NCBI GenBank assembly: GCA_035649995.1
Contig: DASRIM010000061.1
Coordinates: forward strand, 1-62,771
DNA length: 62,771 nt
Reading direction: 5' to 3'
Source of the DNA: Pyrinomonadaceae bacterium
GTDB lineage: Bacteria > Acidobacteriota > Blastocatellia > Pyrinomonadales > Pyrinomonadaceae
The notes under the pieces are model-generated. The model did no database searches and was not told where the DNA came from. It was given only the letters and a program-made list of their open reading frames with translations. Positions 44,273-52,907 of this stretch are shown in pieces (within the stretch, counting starts at the first letter, position 1; each line of letters starts with the position of its first letter). A program made the translations under genes and the position numbers.

Positions 44273-46177
44273 TTAGTTAACCGTGTGCGGCAGCACTGGC
44301 CCAGTCGCTTTACCGAACAACTGAAGCTTCGAGCGCTGGCAGAACGGAATCTGTGGATTGTTCTGTCCGCAACCCAGCAACCCTGGATCCACCGCTACGA
44401 ACGTTACAGCGTGGAGGTTGGGCAGCGGCACCTGGAACGGAGTCGACTGCGCCGGACACGATCCGTTGGCCCACATCGACGGCACCGTGCCGTGTTGCGT
44501 CCACACGTTCGTCGAATGATCGAGGGTCCAGACGGCCACTGCTCGCTGTTCCGAATTGCAGTTGAAGACTGCGATTTTGCTGAATCCCAGCGGCTCCGGC
44601 GTTGGTGTCGGCGTCGGCTGCGGCTCTGGCTTGGTTCGTCCGCACACTGTCGAAGGTGTGCCCGAAACGCCCCAGATATTCTCCGCCTCGACCGTGAAAC
44701 AGTACCGAGTGTCAGGTTCGAGACTCGTGTAGGTCGCCTGTTCAGTGTCGGCCGGCCTGATCGTGCGTGTCAGGAGGTTCGGCTCACCGAAGTACGTGAA
44801 GAACCGGCGTTCGTCGCTGCTGTTGTCATCCCACGCAACGACCATCGACGTCTCGGTTGTGCTCTGGATTCGCAGGTTCGTCGGCGCGTTAGGCGGTGCG
44901 AGCGGCGGTTGATCACTCGATTTCGCCACCCAGATATGCGTCTCGCCGAAAGCGACGAGATCCGCCATGCCGTCACCAGTCACGTCGCCGACATAACGCG
45001 GCGCCCAACCGGGATCGCTCTCGCTGTATGGATAATCGGCAGCGACCAACTCGCGGAGGACGCCACGTATGCTGTTCGGGAATCCATTTGGACCATTGAG
45101 CGAGCGATACACTGACTCCTGTCCATAGCCGACGATGTCCTTGTAACCGTCGCCGTTGAGATCGGCGATGTAACGCGGATGAAGGTTAACTCTCCAGCCG
45201 TCGTTGTAACCGAAGTCTTCAATGACGAGCTGCGGGGCACTGAAAGCACCGCCGGTCGAAAGCGAGATCCACACGCCGTCGTCGCCGAAACCGATGATGT
45301 CGTCGAAGGTGTCGTTGTTGATGTCAGCCATCATGCGCGGATGGCGCGTGACTTGCCAACCGCCGCCCTGGATGGCGAACTCTGTCAGCACTAACTGCGG
45401 CGAATTGAAACCGTTGCCGTTCGCGAGTGCGATCCACACGCCGTATTCGCCAAAGCCGACGATGTCCTGCATTTTGTCGCCGTTGAGATCGGCGGTGGTG
45501 CGGATGTGTCTCTCGTTTCTCCAGCCCTGGAGATAGCCGAAATCGCCGACGGCGAAGAACGGCGCCGAGAACTCGCCCGATTTCATTGCGATTGAGGCCC
45601 AAACGCCGTGTTCGCCGAAGGCGAGGATGTCTTTTCGCGTGTCGCCATTGATGTCGGCCAACAACCGGACGTGTTTGTCGTTGCGCCAACCCTGATTGTA
45701 GCCAAAATCCGCGACCACGTAGTCGACGGTTCCGAAACCTGATCCGGTCGAGAGTGCGCGGAAGACGCCGTCGTTTCCAAAGCCGACGATGTCGTCCATC
45801 TGATCGCCGTCGACGTCGCCCATAGTGCGCACGTGTAGATCGGCGCGCCAACCGGTCTCGTAACCGAAATCCTTGAGCACGAAATTAGCCGGGCTTGGCG
45901 GCGGCGCTATGGCAAGCCAGGTGCCGTGAATGCCGAAGCCTACGATGTCCTGTTTTTTGTCGCCGTTGACGTCCGCGAGCATGCGCGGGTATTCGGGTCC
46001 CCAACCTTGTCCCATGGTCAGTTCCCGCACCCACACAGTAGGCAAGGAAAAACGTTGTTCCGTTGTCTGTGCGGTTGCTACCTTTTCCGGTTTGCCCAGC
46101 CAGGCGACGCCGGCTAACAACAGCGCGAGAATTACCCAATGAATGCGAATGAATTTTCTGAACTGCGAAATCTTCAT
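44273..46177 (-). CDS. Exported FG-GAP/VCBS-like 7-blade repeat protein + FN3 + Cys-containing C-terminal domain
   Basis: It has seven ~48-aa repeats (DFGY..GWR...H.R..AD.NGD...DIVGFG..GVW) followed by FN3-like PTNLRIQSTTETSMVVAWDD. An AAGGAG SD is present. Confidence 0.8.
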   Translation of the reverse strand: MKISQFRKFIRIHWVILALLLAGVAWLGKPEKVATAQTTEQRFSLPTVWVRELTMGQGWGPEYPRMLADVNGDKKQDIVGFGIHGTWLAIAPPPSPANFVLKDFGYETGWRADLHVRTMGDVDGDQMDDIVGFGNDGVFRALSTGSGFGTVDYVVADFGYNQGWRNDKHVRLLADINGDTRKDILAFGEHGVWASIAMKSGEFSAPFFAVGDFGYLQGWRNERHIRTTADLNGDKMQDIVGFGEYGVWIALANGNGFNSPQLVLTEFAIQGGGWQVTRHPRMMADINNDTFDDIIGFGDDGVWISLSTGGAFSAPQLVIEDFGYNDGWRVNLHPRYIADLNGDGYKDIVGYGQESVYRSLNGPNGFPNSIRGVLRELVAADYPYSESDPGWAPRYVGDVTGDGMADLVAFGETHIWVAKSSDQPPLAPPNAPTNLRIQSTTETSMVVAWDDNSSDERRFFTYFGEPNLLTRTIRPADTEQATYTSLEPDTRYCFTVEAENIWGVSGTPSTVCGRTKPEPQPTPTPTPEPLGFSKIAVFNCNSEQRAVAVWTLDHSTNVWTQHGTVPSMWANGSCPAQSTPFQVPLPNLHAVTFVAVDPGLLGCGQNNPQIPFCQRSKLQLFGKATGPVLPHTVN

Positions 46178-46305
46178 GTGTACTCCTTTTTCACTTCCTC
46201 AGTGAGAATTAATTGTTGAGCAAGCGCGAGCGCCTGCTTGTATTGGATGGAAGTTGATGAAAGGAGACGGATATTACCGCGTAGGGTGTTTTGACCGGGT
46301 GTGTT

Positions 46306-47604
46306 CTAACGTCGCAGCGTCTGGACGTGACGAAGGAGATTGCGAGCGAGGTCGGAGTTGGGGTTTCCTTTTTGGACCAGGCGAAACTCCTGTTCAGCTT
46401 CGCGCAACAGTCCGGCGTCGGCGTAAAGGAGACCGAGTGTGAGATGTGAAGAGCCGTAAGCGCGACGCGCGTTCGCCAGCTCATTCGCCTTCGCTTGATC
46501 GATGACGCGGAAGTTCGCCTGCGGCGCAGGAGGACGCGGCGAGGTCACTGTCTCCGCGTCCTTTGTCGCTTTCACTTGCCACGCATAGACTTTTCCGCGT
46601 GGAAGAGTTGTGGTCCATGTGAGCGTGTTGAGTTGCGGGCTCGACGTCACGAGGTTGAACTTCTCGTCATAAACTTCGACGACGTAGCCAGTCGCGCCCG
46701 GCATCGCGGACCAACGAAACGTTGGTTGAGCTGTCAGCAGTACCGTTCCCAGCGGTTCGACTACTCGGAATTCACTTCCTTCGCTGTCTGATCCCATCAA
46801 CGAGCTGGACGCGCGCGTCAGTCCCTCGAGCTGCGATGATTTTTCGACTCTTCCGGTGCTCAGCGCGTTCTTCAACAGGTTCTGATAAGCGGGCGGAAGA
46901 TTGTCGGCGCCTGAGAGTTTTCCCTGCTGGTCCAATGTCAGGACGCGTGCGCCGTCGTTGAGTTGCGCAACGACAGGCGCGGGCTGCGGTTGCGTTGGCG
47001 CGGAGCCGGGCTGTGACGGCGGCGGCGCGGGCTGCGATGCCGGCGCTGGAGTCTCCGCAATTTGCGGTTCTGGTTGCTGTTGCGTGTTGCGCCAAACGAG
47101 CCATGCGACTGTTGCTAACACGAGCAGAGCGAGTGCGGCTCCGGCAAATGCAGGCGCCGGAGCAACTCGAAAAGGCGCCGTAAGAAATCCGAAAAAGCCG
47201 CGACGACCTTCTTTAACTTCCTCAACAGCGACCGTCGCCGGCCGATACTCGCGATCGATCGACGGAGCGATCTCGTTTCGAAATGCGCGCAGGTCGGCGA
47301 CGGCGAGCACGCACTCGTGACAGTGACTCAGGTGATCCTCGGCCATTTGCAGCGCCTCGCCGGAGAGATCACGATCGACGTAAGCGGCTGCTTCCTGCAT
47401 CGTCAGGTGCGCGGCGCTTTCGCCTGTCTCGTCGAAGACCTGTGACCGCAGCTCGAAGAATGCGCCGTCGCCGTTGTGCGTGCCCTCGATCCTTTGCTCG
47501 CAAACGTCGCAATCACCTAAGTGATCGCTAAGGGAGAGCAGTTCCGCGGCAGGGAGCTGGCGGCGGAAGTAGGCCTCGATCTGTTGTTCAGTCAGATGTT
47601 CCAC
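46306..47604 (-). CDS. Anti-sigma factor (two zf-HC2-like motifs, one TM, extracytoplasmic domain with a TPR-like end)
   Basis: The motifs are HLGDCDVCEQRI and HLSHCHECVLAV. The TM helix is AFAGAALALLVLATVAWLVW and is followed by a Pro-rich linker. It starts with GTG and lies directly downstream of a sigma gene. Confidence 0.7.
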   Translation of the reverse strand: MEHLTEQQIEAYFRRQLPAAELLSLSDHLGDCDVCEQRIEGTHNGDGAFFELRSQVFDETGESAAHLTMQEAAAYVDRDLSGEALQMAEDHLSHCHECVLAVADLRAFRNEIAPSIDREYRPATVAVEEVKEGRRGFFGFLTAPFRVAPAPAFAGAALALLVLATVAWLVWRNTQQQPEPQIAETPAPASQPAPPPSQPGSAPTQPQPAPVVAQLNDGARVLTLDQQGKLSGADNLPPAYQNLLKNALSTGRVEKSSQLEGLTRASSSLMGSDSEGSEFRVVEPLGTVLLTAQPTFRWSAMPGATGYVVEVYDEKFNLVTSSPQLNTLTWTTTLPRGKVYAWQVKATKDAETVTSPRPPAPQANFRVIDQAKANELANARRAYGSSHLTLGLLYADAGLLREAEQEFRLVQKGNPNSDLARNLLRHVQTLRR

Positions 47605-47692
47605 GACAGTTTTTCTTTTAGGCCCGCAACCGGGGTCCCGGCGGGGTCTACTTCTATAAGTTGGCGAAAGTTGTGGCGTATTACTATCGTCA

Positions 47693-48721
47693 TCAAATAA
47701 ACCCTTTCAACCGCCGCGCCAGCCGTTCGCGCCCTGATTTTCGGGCATTTATCACTTGCTGGCGCGTCAAACCCAGCAATTCCGCGATACGTGAATCCTC
47801 CATCGGCAGTTCATTCCAAATCTCGGCGAGGCTTTCGGCTGACATCTCGAGCGCGGCCGCAAGTTGGCGGACAGTTGCGATTCCCATCGCCGGAAAGAGC
47901 GTGATGCAGGCAAACCCGCTCGACTCTTTCAGGTTCAACAACAACGCCGCCCGCTGATTTCGCGGAAGCTGTTCCAACTCCTCCCACAGCCGGCGCAGAA
48001 ACATCTTCTTCTCGATCTTCCACGCCGGATCGGGTTCGACCGTGTCAGGGACCAACGCCACTTCGTCTTCATCGTCGGCGAGCGATTCGATGGGTTGATC
48101 GCTAATCCCCAGCAGTGTGACCACCGCGCTCACCAACTCGTCAAACTCAACCGGGCTGCCCGCGTGGTTGAAAATCGCAGCGATCGTGTCCGCCAAATCC
48201 TTGCCGCTCTTTGATACACGTAACTGCGCCGGCAGTGGATCAGGCAACTGCCGGATCGCGGGTTTATTTTGTTCCTGCCACGCCGCGAAGCCCGCGACGA
48301 GTTGGCCGTCCGGGTTTTGCCACAACGCGAAACCGCGTTGCCGAGTGACGAGGTAGTGAAGCCTGTTCTTGAGCGCGTGCCGTTCCGGAAACTGGCGGCG
48401 CATCCAGCGCGCGCAGGTGCGATGCGCGATCACGGCCGCGATGCCGCGCAGGTCGGCGATCGGGTTTCCGTCGGGCAGTTTGCGAAACTTCTGCAACAGC
48501 GCGAGTAGTTGCAGCAGCACTTCCTGATAGATGTCGTCCGCTTCCGCGCGTTGAGTTTCGCGATAAGAACTGAGACGCAGTTTGAAACGAATGACGCCTT
48601 TGATTACCGGTTCGGCGTGATCGTTGATCAGTTGAAGGAGAATCTCTTCGGCCCGTTGGTCGCTGGTCTCGACTAAGAGAGGTTCGAGCAACGCGTCGAT
48701 CTTTACCGGCGACTCCTTCAT
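47693..48721 (-). CDS. Sigma-70 family (ECF-like) factor with an unusually long inter-domain region
   Basis: 342 aa. It is region-2-like at aa ~55-110 (DDIYQEVLLQLL...AAVIAHRTCARWMRRQ) and region-4-like at the C-terminus (LEQLPRNQRAALLL...IAELLGLTRQQVINARKSGRERLARRL). About 130 aa lie between the two regions. Confidence 0.72.
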   Translation of the reverse strand: MKESPVKIDALLEPLLVETSDQRAEEILLQLINDHAEPVIKGVIRFKLRLSSYRETQRAEADDIYQEVLLQLLALLQKFRKLPDGNPIADLRGIAAVIAHRTCARWMRRQFPERHALKNRLHYLVTRQRGFALWQNPDGQLVAGFAAWQEQNKPAIRQLPDPLPAQLRVSKSGKDLADTIAAIFNHAGSPVEFDELVSAVVTLLGISDQPIESLADDEDEVALVPDTVEPDPAWKIEKKMFLRRLWEELEQLPRNQRAALLLNLKESSGFACITLFPAMGIATVRQLAAALEMSAESLAEIWNELPMEDSRIAELLGLTRQQVINARKSGRERLARRLKGFI

Positions 48722-48760
48722 CAGTTTTAGCGTGCTTTCAGGGTTTGGTTTTGTCAGTCC

Positions 48761-49774
48761 TCAGTAAATGTTACCGCCTGCTTGCGTCGAAGTGACGACG
48801 CCGTTGTTCACGTTCAATGTGTAAGCGACTCCGCCCGTGCCGGTCCAGGTCGAAAAGTTGAACGTTCCTCCTTGCGGGACTTTGTAGACGGCGATGTTCA
48901 GGTAGGTCAACGGCACGCCGCTGGCGACGACCTGGGCCGGACCAGGTGCCTGGAGGAAATAAGCTGCTCCGTTGCCGACCATCGTCGTCGCGCCGTTGGG
49001 CAGGACCAGCAGTGCGGTTTCTTCGTCGACGCCGATGCCGCGCGGCTGCGTGGCCCAACCGTTGTTTACGATGCGAGCGAGGAAGACGAGTGATCTTCCG
49101 AGTCGATCGCGAGTCACGAAATGCGAGTCGTAAAGCTTGTTCGCGCCGAGCGCGGATTGAAACAGATCTCGATCGAGTGTGACGTAGCGATGAAAAGGAT
49201 CGGCAAGGGCCTGCGTTGAAGTTACCGAGCCTCGCTCGCCGGTGTAGATAAACTGGCTGAGCACGGCGAGGCCTGCGCTCGTTCCTCCGACCGGCGCGAG
49301 TTTCGAATTCAGTAGAAAATTAACGCCTGACTCGACGGCGGTTCCGCGCCACAGTGCGACGTAAGTTGACTGATCGCCGCCGGCGATCCACAGCGCTTCC
49401 GCGTTTCGGATCTGATCGCTGACGTACTGCGCGTTGGCGCCGTTCACGTTGCTGATAATGATGGTTTCGACGGAGTCCATCTGCGGGCAGAGCCCCTGGA
49501 TGTAAGGATTGTAGGCGTCGGTGCCGGAGGTCCTTATGACGAGGAAGTCGCCGCCGCCGGCGCGCTGGCACATCCACTCAAACGCCGCATCGACGTCGGT
49601 CCCGCCACCCATCAGCGCGAGCCCCGGACTGAGGGTGGGCGACGGCGGCGCGTCCGCTGGATTGCCGGCGACGAACGACTTGAACCCGGATTTAGGCGGG
49701 GCGGCTAGCGCGGATATTGTGAACAGGCAAATCGCGGCGAGCACGGAGAATACACGTAGAGAATTGGTGAGCAT
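48761..49774 (-). CDS. Secreted peptidase S51 family (cyanophycinase-like)
   Basis: It has a signal peptide (AICLFTISALAAPP) and a nucleophile-elbow context (APVGGTSAGLAV). LWIAGGDQS is also present. An AGGAGG SD lies upstream. Confidence 0.75.
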   Translation of the reverse strand: MLTNSLRVFSVLAAICLFTISALAAPPKSGFKSFVAGNPADAPPSPTLSPGLALMGGGTDVDAAFEWMCQRAGGGDFLVIRTSGTDAYNPYIQGLCPQMDSVETIIISNVNGANAQYVSDQIRNAEALWIAGGDQSTYVALWRGTAVESGVNFLLNSKLAPVGGTSAGLAVLSQFIYTGERGSVTSTQALADPFHRYVTLDRDLFQSALGANKLYDSHFVTRDRLGRSLVFLARIVNNGWATQPRGIGVDEETALLVLPNGATTMVGNGAAYFLQAPGPAQVVASGVPLTYLNIAVYKVPQGGTFNFSTWTGTGGVAYTLNVNNGVVTSTQAGGNIY

Positions 49775-49876
49775 GGTCTGTCCTCCTGTGGAAATGGTTG
49801 AGCAGAGGTAATACTACTCGCATATTGAGATTGAGCGAAGTATTCTATTGCTGCGAAGTTCAGCAACGGTGCGGCT

Positions 49877-51193
49877 ATGAAGTATCTAACAGTCTGTTTA
49901 TTATCGCTCGTCTTACTACTCCCGCCGGTCGCATTCACGCAAACGAAAGAGACGTCGCAGAGCGATACTGTAAAAATCTGCAAGGGACTCGCGATTCCCG
50001 AGGGGTACGTTATCGTCGGGTACGGCGCGTCATCCGCCTGCCCCAACGGCGCGTACTTGCTGAAGAAAGAGGAAGCGCCACAATCACCACAATCGCGGCC
50101 GCGTCGGACGGACGACAGGGCGCTGGATTCAACTCCCGCTAAATCGCCGAGTGGGGAATCAGTCAAAGAACCGAAATTGCGGTCCACATCAGCAGCCGTT
50201 CCGCTCGATGCTCCGGAGCGTCCGTCTGCCGGGCCGGAAAAGACCGAAGAGGTCAGCGAAGGCGATGTGCTGCGCATCGATACCAACCTCGTCACCGTCC
50301 CAGTCAGCGTGATGGACCGTCATGGCAAGTTCATTTCCGACCTGCGGCGCGAACAGTTTCATGTCTTCGAAAACGGAGTCGAACAGAAGATCGTCCACTT
50401 CGAACCCACGGACAATCCCTTCACAGTCGCTTTGCTGTTGGACACGTCAGGATCGACCTTCTTCCACCTGTGGGAGATCAAGGAAGCGGCGATTGCTTTC
50501 GCAAAGCAACTGCGGCCGCAAGACCGTGTGCTCGTAGTGACGTTCGACAGGTTGGTAATGCTGTTGACCGAAGCCACGAACGATCTCAACGTCGTCACGG
50601 AAGTCGTCCAACGCGACGCGATCACCGGTTTCTCCACACGGCTTTACGACGCGGTCGATCTCGTCATCCAGCGGCGTCTGAACAAAATTCCCGGCCGCAA
50701 AGCCATCGTGCTGTTTACTGACGGCGTCGATACGTCGAGCTACGCGGCGACGTACAAGAGCACGCTGCGCGTAGTGGATGAGTTGGACGTGCTGATCTAC
50801 CCGGTCCAGTACGACACGATCGACTTCATCAACGCGACGCTGGATACGAAAGCGTTGAGTGAGCTGAGTGATCGAAACAGAGGGTCGTCTCGATCGGACC
50901 CGGTCCAACGCTTGACCCGCCCCGAATACAAACTCGCGGATCAGTATCTCCAACAACTCGCGGATAAGACCGGCGCCCGTCTTTACCAGGCCAACGACCG
51001 CACACAACTGGCTGCTGCTTTCTCCAAGATCGCCGGCGAGCTGCGCTGCCAGTACAGCATCGGCTACTACCCACCTGAAACGGTCCAAACCGACGAGCGG
51101 CGCGAGATCAAAGTCCGCGTGGACCAGCAGGACACGGCAGTCAGAGCACGCAACAGCTACATCCGCCGCATGTCCGGCAAGCCTGGGCCATAG
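49877..51193 (+). CDS. VWA-domain protein of the TIGR03436 'VWFA-related acidobacterial' type
   Basis: It has a signal peptide. LRIDTNLVTVPVSVMDRHGKFISDLRREQFHVFENGVEQKIVHFE...ALLLDTSGS is the family signature as I recall it. Confidence 0.85.
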   Translation: MKYLTVCLLSLVLLLPPVAFTQTKETSQSDTVKICKGLAIPEGYVIVGYGASSACPNGAYLLKKEEAPQSPQSRPRRTDDRALDSTPAKSPSGESVKEPKLRSTSAAVPLDAPERPSAGPEKTEEVSEGDVLRIDTNLVTVPVSVMDRHGKFISDLRREQFHVFENGVEQKIVHFEPTDNPFTVALLLDTSGSTFFHLWEIKEAAIAFAKQLRPQDRVLVVTFDRLVMLLTEATNDLNVVTEVVQRDAITGFSTRLYDAVDLVIQRRLNKIPGRKAIVLFTDGVDTSSYAATYKSTLRVVDELDVLIYPVQYDTIDFINATLDTKALSELSDRNRGSSRSDPVQRLTRPEYKLADQYLQQLADKTGARLYQANDRTQLAAAFSKIAGELRCQYSIGYYPPETVQTDERREIKVRVDQQDTAVRARNSYIRRMSGKPGP

Positions 51194-51256
51194 TTTTTCT
51201 CAGTTGAATTCCAAATCCGCAACCCAATCCGCGGCGAAATTACGCGTATAACTACA

Positions 51257-51282
51257 GGAACTCCTGTTCCGTTGTGGCGTTA
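51257..51282 (+). promoter_or_regulatory. ECF-type promoter GGAAC-N16-CGTTA upstream of the ECF sigma gene
   Basis: GGAAC lies at 51257-51261, followed by a 16-nt spacer and CGTTA at 51278-51282. This is 45 nt upstream of the sigma ATG. The -35 is part of the palindrome GGAACtcctGTTCC. Confidence 0.5.
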
Positions 51283-51326
51283 TACTGCTGGCCTTTCAAA
51301 ACTGGACACTCCTACTCGCCGGCGGA

Positions 51327-51911
51327 ATGCAGATGGTCAAGAAATCCAAGGCAGTTGAGGTTGAAGAACGGTTCAACGCCGTCGTCGAAGAGTTCGGCAC
51401 GCTACTCCGCCGGGCCATCGTCCGCTTCTGCCCGCACGACAAAGGCTTGCATTTCGACGATATCGAGCAGGAGGCGCGACTTCGCCTCTGGCGCGCGCTT
51501 CAGGCTGAGAGGGAAGTCGCGAACTATGCGTCTTATCTCTATAGGATTGCGGCGACGGCGACGATCGATGCCATGCGCCGGATCCAGGCACGCCACGAAG
51601 AGCAATTGGAAACCTTGATTGAACAAAGGATCGACGAAGGCGAAATCATGATCGCGCCGGCGCCGGTCAAGGATTCGCCTGAACGCCTGGCCGAGTCTCG
51701 CGAGGCGGTCGGTAAGGTTATGTCAGCCGTCGAAAAACTGCCTGACGAACAACGCCGAGCCGTCGGACTGTACCTGCAAGGCATGACCAGTCAGGATGTT
51801 GCGGATCTGATGGGGTGGACCGAACCGAAGTCGCGAAACCTCGTTTACCGTGGTCTAAAAGAGTTGCGCAAGTCACTTCGCGAAGAGGGAATGGACTATG
51901 AGATTGGATAG
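51327..51911 (+). CDS. ECF (group IV) sigma-70 factor
   Basis: 194 aa. It has region 2 (DDIEQEARLRLWRAL...YLYRIAATATIDAMRR) and region 4 (LPDEQRRAVGLYLQGMTSQDVADLMGWTEPKSRNLVYRGLKELR). Confidence 0.9.
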   Translation: MQMVKKSKAVEVEERFNAVVEEFGTLLRRAIVRFCPHDKGLHFDDIEQEARLRLWRALQAEREVANYASYLYRIAATATIDAMRRIQARHEEQLETLIEQRIDEGEIMIAPAPVKDSPERLAESREAVGKVMSAVEKLPDEQRRAVGLYLQGMTSQDVADLMGWTEPKSRNLVYRGLKELRKSLREEGMDYEIG

Positions 51912-52896
51912 CGAAGGGTTGCGAGAGCTTTACCAGACAGGGACAGCTCGCTCAGCTCGTCCGTCAGACGACAATTGCCTGACCGAAGACATGTTGGCCG
52001 GCGCGGCTGCCGGAGAGTTGAACCAGTCAGAACGCGAGAAGGTCGCCGATCATCTCGTGACCTGTTCCGACTGCGCAAAAGAGTATCTGGCCATAAAGTC
52101 GCTCAAATCATGGGCCCATGACGAGCCGGCGAACGACAGCACTCCACTAATTGCGTTGCCGAGTTCTGAAAACGGACGGCGTTACCGGACCAATGTTGAC
52201 GAAACACCCGCTCGTTCTCGAACCGTTTCGTTCTATTTCCCGTACGCGGTTGCCGCTGCGGCAGTGGTCCTGAGTCTGGCGTTGGGAGCGCTGTTGATCT
52301 CGAAATCACGCGAGAACCAGCGTCTGCTCGCCGATGCGAATAATCGACAATCGACAAACAACACCGGCGACAGCAAGACCGCGGAAGAGCTCGCTCAATC
52401 CCGCCGTTTACTTGAAGAAACCACTCGCCGCGCCGAACAAGAAAGTGCGGCGAGACGCGTCGCGGAAGAAGAGCTTGCCAGGCGAGATGCCGCTCAGAAT
52501 CGCAACAACCAACGCTCGCCGGAACGCTCAACCGAACGCTCGACTCCCGACGTTAACGTTCCGATCATCGACCTCAACCCCGAGGACGCCGGACGTGGAG
52601 GTCAGAACCAGACGGCAACCACGATTCAACTCCCTTCGGATACAGACCTCTTCACGTTGATCCTGAACCTGAGCGGCGACGACTCTAGCCAGGCATATTC
52701 ACTCGAAGTAACGGACCGAAACAACAGGACCATCTGGACCAGCCGCAATTTACGCAAGAGCCCTTACAACAATTTCACCGTCGCAATGCGTCGCCGCTTG
52801 TTTCCCGGCGGCGAGTATCGTCTCAAGATCTATGGTTTGCGTGGCGGACGTCGCGAGTTGATCGAGGAGTACGCCATACGCCTGCTGTATCAATAG
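51898..52896 (+). CDS. Anti-sigma factor (zf-HC2, one TM, extracytoplasmic C-terminal domain)
   Basis: It overlaps the sigma gene by 14 nt. The zf-HC2 motif is HLVTCSDCAKEYLAIKS and the TM helix is FYFPYAVAAAAVVLSLALGALLI. Confidence 0.72.
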   Translation: MRLDSEGLRELYQTGTARSARPSDDNCLTEDMLAGAAAGELNQSEREKVADHLVTCSDCAKEYLAIKSLKSWAHDEPANDSTPLIALPSSENGRRYRTNVDETPARSRTVSFYFPYAVAAAAVVLSLALGALLISKSRENQRLLADANNRQSTNNTGDSKTAEELAQSRRLLEETTRRAEQESAARRVAEEELARRDAAQNRNNQRSPERSTERSTPDVNVPIIDLNPEDAGRGGQNQTATTIQLPSDTDLFTLILNLSGDDSSQAYSLEVTDRNNRTIWTSRNLRKSPYNNFTVAMRRRLFPGGEYRLKIYGLRGGRRELIEEYAIRLLYQ

Positions 52897-52907
52897 GAAC
52901 CAAGACC

